Translations under genes and position numbers: made by a program
Origin: Lingula anatina
Lineage: Eukaryota; Animalia; Brachiopoda
Length of the DNA: 64,000 nt
Assembly (NCBI GenBank): GCA_051362555.1
Contig: CM120647.1
Coordinates: 19,568,651 to 19,632,650, forward strand
Reading direction: 5' to 3'
The notes under the pieces: generated by a model
The model's database searches: none
What the model was told of the DNA's origin: nothing
Seen by the model: only the letters and a program-made list of their open reading frames with translations
Shown here: positions 54,918-64,000 of the stretch, one piece after another
How the letters are laid out: every line of letters starts with the position of its first letter
Numbering within the stretch: position 1 is the stretch's first letter

Positions 54918-55611
54918 GCCGTTTGTCGTGGATTAACGCTAATTACGCAACGTTAATAGTGACTCAGGTATACATACACAAGAGCATTAGTTTGATTTGA
55001 TATTTTACCCATTGGTAAACTAGTCACACCTGTGTTGAGATTAAAAAACCGAATGATGATGCAAGGTGCTATAACGGATGACGTAAAAATGCTTATTTTC
55101 AGAATAATGATTGTTCTCTTACCTGTACAAAGTAAGTCTATAGTGAATGAAATGCTGACTCTGGCGTAAGCTCCATACAGTCAAACACCGTGAAGCAGTG
55201 GATAACACATTTATTCCAGCTGATATTTACCCTTGTCAGTAATTCAATACCGCCTGCATCACACAAAAGAAGCGGTCCATATCAATACAAAATGAGGGGG
55301 TGAAGGGATTACAGCTCACTAGAATCGGATCATTAATTTACAAAACGCAAATAAAGCTATATATTCGAAGGGGAAGAATAAAAAGCCGTATTCACCAGTC
55401 ACAAAAATGGGGTGCATCACGGATCAACTAAATAATATGAACATTGCACGTTTGTGAGGGTAACCATTTTTACCTCATCGTCGCCTCATACATATGGCCC
55501 TGACGTGTTTTATTTCACTTACTTTGATACACACGCTCTGTATAACATTGTGGGATTCTTAGGCTGAATAGATTTCTGTAGGTGTAAGCATATTTATCTG
55601 CTGGTGCATTA

Positions 55612-55760
55612 CGTTTAATAGAACAGGGACAAAATCACTGACGTCTGCGGCAACGGAAATCAAACAGGTGATCATTGGTTGTGTCTTGGCAAATAGGGCG
55701 TCATTTTGTTATTTCCCCCCTCTAGTTGGTGCAATGGGAATAGCAGCCGTCTATAGTTCC
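55612..55760 (-). pseudogene. Orphan degenerate SLC43 exon 3
   Basis: Minus strand reads LLFP...(deletion/frameshift)...LFAKTQPMITCLISVAADVSDFVPVLLN then a GT donor, matching exon 3 (LFPKAQATLTCLVSGAxDVSxFxPxLLK). No partner exons seen. Confidence 0.65.
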
Positions 55761-56821
55761 GGTTAAGGTTGAAAATCTTCCATGTGTCTTCATTATACCC
55801 CCAATGTTTCGATCTGGTTCTGCAATACTTTGATAATTTCATTTTGGATTTCTTGGCTTTGTGCACTGTTATTTTATTTGCAAATTTAATAACCAAGAAA
55901 AAGTAATGTTTTTTAACTTGTATATTTAGTATAACAGATTGTTTAGAATAATCACCTTTTTCTATCTGTGCGTGAGTGTGTGACATTTGATTTTCAAGTC
56001 ACTGCTTACTGGGTACTTTCCTAGGTAGTTGCGATCTCTGATATTGGGCCCAAATCGAATTGTCCTCGAAAAATGAACAAATATCCCCACTCAATGGCCT
56101 TTAATTGACCAGTCCCCGAAGGCGCGTTCCATGTTTTATAAAACTGATGGTTAATTAACATAGTACATCGCTATCATTACTTCAACAAAAGCTTCTGTTG
56201 AACCATGTACTTGAACAAAATGAAACGTTTTGACAATTTTTTCTGGGGTACATACGTTGCGTAGTATTAGGCATGACGCAAAGCCCCATGTGCACGTTTA
56301 AATATTTGTAAAAAAAATCATTATGTAATGTATAAATGACCCGGAACATCCGTTACCATACGTTACCATGTAGGACTCTTTGCGTAATGTAAAGAAATAG
56401 TGAAAATTAAAATTTGAATTTAAATTGAGACTGTTGTGGATTTTTGTTCAATACACATATATGTTAAAAACTGAATACAACTACGAATTCATTCAATTTT
56501 ATTTTTGGACACTTCAGCATGTGAAACGCACCTCTGCATTTGGTTTGGGTGTGCAATCAAGATTAGCGTAGTCAAAGTCGGGTCTCTCCTGTCTTATAGC
56601 GCCGGACGAAAGCAGGCTTCTGAGTCTCGGAAGATGATCAGAATTTAAAATGATGGGTATATATTTTTTCTGTCGGAAGGCAGTCAGAAATGGAGGAGAG
56701 ATCAACAGTGATAATTTGGAAGGCTGTCAAAAAATATCCGTCAGTCTGTTCCTGTAGATGTATATACATGTAGTTCCCGATTTACATGTAGGAGAGGTTA
56801 CATTAACTGGGCAGTATACTT

Positions 56822-57510
56822 TTTTTTTTTTTTATTATGGAAAAAAAAATAATAATAAGTAAATAAATAAACACAAATAGAGTATATATATATGTTCCTT
56901 TCATACACGCACACATACCCACGTACGCACAACAATCATACTTGGTCACTGCTAATATGTATATTATCCTTGCATTACACAGTTGTGTTTACAAAAATAG
57001 ACTAATTAGTTGTCTGTCCATTTCACTCAAATATAGTAACTTCATCTCTAAGTGCCTGCTGATTAACAAAACAAAATTAAATAAAATATAATAGAAAACT
57101 TAAACCCAAAAGATAAAGAAAGGGATGCTACTGCTATTCCCCTTCAACAAAAAGTGGTAACCATTGTGCCCATTGTTTAACAAAGTTGTCATATGTGCAA
57201 GATCCATGACGCAAAGCAATATTTTTTTCAACATGATACATAAATTTTATGTAACCCAAAAGACCTTGAAAGCTTGGGGTCTTTTTTTTGTTTCAGGCAC
57301 TTGTAAATATATAGTTTTCCAAACATAATAAGTAAATTAAAAATTTTACTTTCCGTTGTGCATTTTATTCCAAACAAGATTTTATAGTCATCGAGATCCA
57401 AATTGACATTAGTTTTTTCGAGTATATGGTCTTGAAACTTATTCCAAAGAGGACGCACACTATTACACTGTATAAACACATGAAGGAGATCTTCACGGTC
57501 TCTTTTACAA
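56822..57510 (-). mobile_element. 5'-truncated L1/Tx1-like LINE fragment just downstream of the copy H stop codon
   Basis: 17-bp duplication aactgggcagtatactt at 56805-56821 and 57511-57527; AATAAA plus poly-A tail on the minus strand; frameshifted ORF2 C-terminus EDLLHVFIQCNSVRPLW..ILFG..NLLIMFGKLYIYKC..FVKQW. Confidence 0.85.
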
Positions 57511-57647
57511 AACTGGGCAGTATACTTCCAAATGAGTTGAACGTCTTGGTTAAAACTGTATTATCATGGTGCAGGAGTATATGTAGCAGAACACTCGTCT
57601 TGTCTGGAGGAGCTGCAGCCATTCTGTCTCACGTGCTGGCTGGAACT

Positions 57648-60600
57648 TTAAAGTGTGTAGCTGTTAGACCTCGTGGAGCGACACCGACGCCAAAGAAGGT
57701 AAAAAGGCAAACAGCTGGCGGTGAGACATATTCCCAGGAACAGTACTCCCAACTGTGAAAATTAAATAAAAGATATATATTTACCACGCCGAGTTTTCAT
57801 CATTATCACACATCAGTCAAAGTATCCAAACCGTTATAATTCCGTGATATTAGATTTTTCCCAAATAGTCGGTAGTCAACTGTAAGGTGGAAAAAGTAAT
57901 GTAAATACACTGTTTGCTTTGCGGTTGTTCGTGATTTGCATTGTGTCGCCATCTGGAGATTTAATTGCAGCTATTCTGCAAAACCTCGAAAAGCCTAAGA
58001 TGATTGAATAATATTTAGTGATAAATATTCGACCACACATCCAAGAGCCTAATTCATGTAACTCTATATTACCCGATCTATTACAATAACAGTTCCTAAA
58101 CATACCCAGAATGGGTCACTTTCCAGGCTGTATTTATACCAGGCGAATATTGGATATTCAATAAAGGTGAACAAAAATCCGATACCAATTTGTATTCCAT
58201 AGGTCTTCCCAAAATGTTCCTTTGGAAACCTACAATTTGAATGTTTTGATGTAATATATATTTGTAAACTAGTCTTATATGTTGATTGAGTCACTGTAAT
58301 GCGTAATTATGCCTTTGTGTGATGTTCATTGCTAATTCAACCAGGGTCTTGTGCCATGAAAATGAAATGGTTCTGCAAATTGTTATTAGGGACAAAGAAG
58401 CTTATAGGAAAGGTGGAAATACATGCTAATAGACTGTGTTATAAAATCTATACTTACGTGGAGGCTATATATGCCAAATGGGAGGCATAACTCCCGGTTT
58501 TCAACATAGAATGAAACAAAATGGCCACAAACTGCATCTCGATAATGGGGATGATGCACGCAATGGAGGCGATTAGTCCTGCCAAAACTGTGATGAAAAA
58601 TGGAACCACGAAGCACCGCTCTTTGTCTGAAATATATAATGGTATCAGTACGTGAATCATGCATGTACTTCTCCAATACCATGTGTATACATTACTAGTA
58701 TATCACATTTTTTAATAATATTAAGATAATCGGTATTATATATTACTCATAAATGGTTAACAATTGTCAGGGAATACAGATGTACTTTCTCTCTATATGA
58801 AGAGAGTCATTTCCGTTGCCGTCCAACGAAAATTATGAAATATTCAAAGTCATTTCTCCCATTATATTGTGTAGGCGGGTCGATTCTGAGTGATCTAAAA
58901 TGCATAGAGATTACGATTCAAGAACAAAAGAAGTCACTGTTGTCTCAGAGGGTCTATGATATAGCATGGCATTTCAACTTTGATGCAGTTCATTTCTTTC
59001 AAAGTTAAATGACTACGATTCTATTCTGACATCGGTCTAAATTACATTTGTTGGATATATTGATATTAAATATTGAAGTATTCTTTAGACAGCGACAGCT
59101 CACAAAGCCATGGCCACACATGTACAAAAGAGCCACAGAAGCTGCTATTATAAAATGGTAACGATACATGTTGAACACCCTTTGCAGCTAAAACCTATAA
59201 TTAACTAAAATCCAATGAAACCAACTAATATTTATACGTATAGGAGGAAACAGTTGCCGTTAATCGAAAGCACATATATGATCTTAATTACCATCCGCGG
59301 TTGCTCTGGAAACAAGTTTGTCCAACATCAAACCGTTCAGCAAGGCCCAGATCAGAGAACCCACTTGGAACCAGGAATACACGTCCGTATACGTACTTAC
59401 TGAAATGTAATTAGAAATATGAATATATTTGTGTTGTGTTTTGTGTAAAGATGGTGAAAACCAAGCGACATGAGAGAGATAGGAAGGGATGCGTGCGTTA
59501 CACGTTAAAAAAGTTTATGCAGCAAATTGGTTACAGTGATAATAAACCAATTACCTTTATCTTTGACATTATTTCCATAGTAATTGATAATTGCATAAAA
59601 ACTGCCTTGATATGTGACAATGAGGGTATTTTGGCACAGAAACCACAGCATTAGCATCCAAAAAGAGGGGCTTTTGATAATCAGTAACGTGTCATGTAGA
59701 AAACAGTTGTTAGCACTTTCGCCATTTTCCTTGCCTGGAGAGTTTTCTATTCTGCATGATATCTGCCCAATTCCATCAACGCGCATTTCTGTATGATTGG
59801 TATTATTCTCATGTTGACAACTAGTGCCTTGACAAATAATTTCATCAGCTTCTTCCCGAGTGACATCTCCATCTGCTTTCTCTTTACTTGCTAACTCTGG
59901 AGTGGCACTTCCGATGGAAGGAACACCACACTTTGGTTCTGTGCTTACATCATCAGGCATGTATGCTGCGTTTGACCAACCTTGCTCTAAAACCTGCTGA
60001 CCACTTTGCCTCTCATTTGCTGTAGGTACATGATCAGCGTTTGTACAAGTGCTGGTGTTCGGTTTAGACGATTCTGTTTTGCTTCTTTGCCGCTTGCGTA
60101 TCTTAAAACAACAGGCGATGTCAATATTGTTCCCGTCGTCATCCTGTCTAGGTGGAAGGGTGAATGTGTTGACAGAAGACAGAAAAAGTATCACACCGGC
60201 AAAGGTGAACATGAACGTTTTGTACGACGCCCCTGCCTGGTACGTCAGCTGAAATATATTTTAAAAATGTAGTGTACAGTATTCGAAGACACGAACGCTC
60301 AAAAATGTGGAATTCCAAACGAGTTGGTGTTTTACTTATCATGAGGACTGATTAGATGCCAACATATTCACTGGCATGAATGATAAAGATGTATTATTTT
60401 TACTACTTTCAACGGCATTATGGAGACTTTTATTTTGAAAAATCTTCCGTGAAGTGTAATTTTCTTTTCATAGAATAGTATCCGTAACTACTAGATGGCA
60501 CTAGATATATTAGTTTGTGCCATATCAAACGATCAATTAACAGAGTGTTCCTCAGGTTGTAGAACATTTATGCGACAAATAGCACACGTGTATGATATTA

Positions 60601-63600
60601 CCTTTAAGAGAATAGGAGCAAAGCCACTGACGTCTATGGCACCGGAAATCAGACATATGAGTGTTGCCTTTAGCTTAGGAAATAGTACGGCCACTTGGAC
60701 GTCAGTAACTGCCAATTGGATGCCTCCCACCAGGTGAAATACAGCCCCAGGGAACAACAGCCATTCTCTTCCTACAAAAAATGTCAAATGCCTCATCTTG
60801 GTTATTGACCCAATTTCTTATACATATTCTACCGGAATTAATACTTTGATAATTTCATTTTGATTTTCTAAACGTTATTTACAGTTAATTTATGTGAACT
60901 GAAGCTAATTTTGAGAAAAAATATTTAACCCAAAAGGCATCAGAGTAATACCATGTATCACTTATCATGAATAGATGTTTATTGGAAGTTATTATTACTT
61001 ATTTGTAACGGTCTTTTATGACACCGCCTTTCATGTGCCAAGTTACTTCTTTTGAAGGTTTCTTATCTCGTATATTACAAAGGTTTCCTATCTCGTATAG
61101 ACCGTATAGACCAAATATACTTTTTTCTCGAAGAATGAATATTTTTGCTGTATTCAACAGCTCATTGCGCTTGTTTTGTATCATCACTAGTATAAAGTAT
61201 TACCAGTCTGTTTAAGCTGCCCTGTTTTATTGTACATTTCAAAAGGAAATATCAACATAAACTACTATGCTTTGCATGACATGTTGCGGAAATTGGGGAC
61301 ATATTTAAACACAGATAGTGTATTTGTTAATAATATGAAGCTGACTACGTATAACATTGGTCAAAAAAGGTTTCCCCATCCCCCAATTTCATTTGCTTTT
61401 ATTTACAAATGATAGCCTCATATGTGTAAATTGCTATAAACAGTGCTTTTTATTCCAGATCTTAGTCTTAGTCTTAGGTCCTCCTGTCCAACGTAGGGCA
61501 TTGGGCGGCACATTTTATTCCAGATACCATATCTTAAATGATTAATGGCTCAGAATATACAAAATAGCGGTTAAGATATCCATATTGTATGCCATTAAAA
61601 TTTAAAACATGTACCCCTCCAAATCCAAGGTTTCACTCTGGTTTCCGCAGAGGTTAAGAAATAACCATAAATTTGAGCTGACATCACCAAATGTCATCAA
61701 ATTTACACAAAATAAGCATTAGGATGCACTTGTTAACGATCGTGTGTCTAATAGCGGGTGTCTACAGAGCAATGCAATTATATCTTGTAGGCGGCGCGAT
61801 AAGACTGCAACAAGGGTAACAATTATGTTTTGCGTGACGTTGGTCCATTCTTTCTAAAGATCTGTGCAGAGATGATCCAGATTATTTGGGGGTTGATTCT
61901 CCTCTGCATTGCACACTCCAATCCATGCTACAGATGCTCAGTAGGGTGATTATCAGGTCTTGAAAATGGTTATTCCATGTCCACAGAGGATTACGTTTCT
62001 GCAAGATATCACTCGATGGATGAGAACTGTGAGCAAGTGTGCTGTCATGATGGAGCCTGATGAAACCTAAAGTCAGCTTTTGCAGATTAGTGAGATATCA
62101 GCTGATAATATTATGTTCAGTGACACCAGAGGTATCGGAACCTGGTTGGCCATTACGAGACGGAATCTGGTTTTGCTAAAGAATCAATGGATTTCTTGCA
62201 CCCCATCAATGGCCAAATGAGTGTTCGTAGAAAATGTTGCAAAATGCCTTTTGGAAGGGTTTGTACAGGATAATTTCGCCTGAGTGTCAAATCAGTCCGC
62301 ATTTTGAAAGCATTCCAAGCCCATGGTATTAGTACATTGTTCCCTCTGGAACAGAACGCTACTGGGACATGTTACTGTAAAATTTTCTACAGATATCTCA
62401 CTCCATGTACAAGAAGTGATTTCAGGGATGATACTGGCTTCATCGTGCTAACGTACTTGCTCACAGCGTTCGTCTGGGATTGATTTGTTGCAGAAACGGA
62501 ATGTTCTGAGGATGGGCCAGCCATCTTTGTGCCCTGATATTAACCCTAATGAACACCTGTGGTATTGTGGCATGAATTGGAGTGTGCAATGCAGAGGAGT
62601 ACCAATCCCCAAATAATCTGGTCAAACTCCGCCAAGATTTAAGGAAGAATGGGTCAATATCACGCAAAACAGAATTGTAACCCTTGTCAAAGGCTTGTCG
62701 GGCCCCCTACCACAGATAATTGTAGTGGGTGGTAGACACACACGCTATTAGACGTTTAACGTTCATCCTAATGCTAAATTTGTATAAACTTGTCGTTATT
62801 TAGTGGTGTCTATTTCAATGTTATGGATAATTCATTAACTGCGATTAATTAAGCATACATGTATTTACATTGGATATCGTGAGGAATTGTTAATAATCTC
62901 TTACCTCTCTCAGCTAATGCCATCAGGAAGAATCCACCAGCACACAGGCATCTTGAAGAAAATCAAAAGAATTATAATAAAACTTCGCTGATGCTCTCAA
63001 AGTTATATTAAATTACAAGAAATTGGCATTTTATTTGGGCAACACTACCTGTCAGCTTCTTTCATAGGCATAATATTCATGGTAAAACAATTGACAGCTA
63101 AAGCGACCATAGTTTGGTTGATTTTGTCCATTTTTCAGTTGCTATTTTAGTTTCATTTATCCTGCAAGCACGGGTAAGGTTATATTAAGGGGTTTCCGAT
63201 TGAATAGTTGCAGCTTTGCTACATGTAATATGCAAACTGTTTATTTATACAGATATAGTTCTATACTTTTTATATCTGATGTATTTTAGTTAATCTTTAA
63301 TTCAGACTGCAAAATGCGGGTGTCTGTGCCCTCGATCTTCACTGAAGCTTGGCTAAATGGACAGGCTTCAGTGATCAGCATATCGCCACGGTCATATAAC
63401 ATACCTAGGTTATAACTGTATTAAATCTTGTCTGAGTCCTTTACCGACAGTTGTACAGTAATGTAGTCACAGTATACTTATACCGCGTGCTACCACAGTA
63501 GCTTCGTTCATTCTGTAGCAACCAATAATTACCAGCAAATAGGTAGATGCACTAATTATATTAATGTAGAATTACTGGTGGATGAACAAAAAACTCTTTA

Positions 63601-64000
63601 TAATTTGACGATAATAAATCGTAAGCGACGGTTGTACACTAATGAAGTCACAGTATACTTACACGGATAGGATCCTCACACATACTGTACCGCAGTGATC
63701 ATAGATATACCCCAGCACGGGAAGAGACACTAAGCAGATTATAGCGACAGTGTAAACTAGATTTAGCATCTCTTCCTGCTCAGTACACTTTTGAACGTGA
63801 TCTGCATCCTGATCTTCTGTGCAATTCCCAAGAACACTACAGGCATGTTCTACCGTGTTAATACTAGCATTGACTTTGGGATCAAAGTGACAACGGGAGT
63901 AGTAAAATTGTTCCTCAATGAATATATACACAAATGCTGGCCATCCGAATATCGTACATGAGTAAATGGCAGCTTCTAAGATTCCAAGGGCGGTGCAGAA
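57648..64000 (-). CDS. SLC43A3: SLC43A3-like transporter, copy H (start codon just beyond window end)
   Basis: Exons >64000-63663, 62951-62905, 60771-60602, 60248-59555, 59399-59292, 58626-58458, 58229-58106, 57752-57648; open frame; closest to copy G. Confidence 0.85.
61350..62845 (+). mobile_element. Decayed Tc1/mariner transposon with long inverted repeats in intron 2 of copy H
   Basis: Transposase relics PDINPNEHLW (62533-62562; cf. SPDLNPIEHLW), EEWVNI and GGRHTRY* (62728-62751); 62764-62845 is the reverse complement of ~61645-61727. Confidence 0.75.

Noticed and set aside
1-64000. tRNA, rRNA or prokaryote-type defence systems
   Set aside because: None seen; the organism also cannot be identified beyond an invertebrate-like animal.

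Overview
AT-rich animal (invertebrate-like) nuclear DNA with GT-AG introns, microsatellites and transposon debris; no prokaryotic features. Most of the window (4.8-64 kb, minus strand) is a head-to-tail tandem array of SLC43A3-like (LAT3/LAT4/ENBT1 family, MFS fold) transporter genes, here named A-H. I spliced each by hand: all share 8 coding exons, and exons 2, 3, 5, 6 and 7 have fixed sizes (47, 170, 108, 169, 124 bp). Six copies (A, B, C, D, F, G) are complete, H runs off the window end, and E is cut off inside exon 7. At least three further gene relics lie between copies. Copy C looks like a recombinant of D and B with the crossover in exon 4. A small 4-exon plus-strand gene (1904-3758) encodes an unrecognised secreted Thr-rich/Cys-rich protein facing the array tail-to-tail. 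Mobile elements include a decayed Tc1 transposon, an L1/Tx1-like LINE fragment with a 17-bp target-site duplication, and several MITEs. Family assignments rest on remembered motifs, not database searches.
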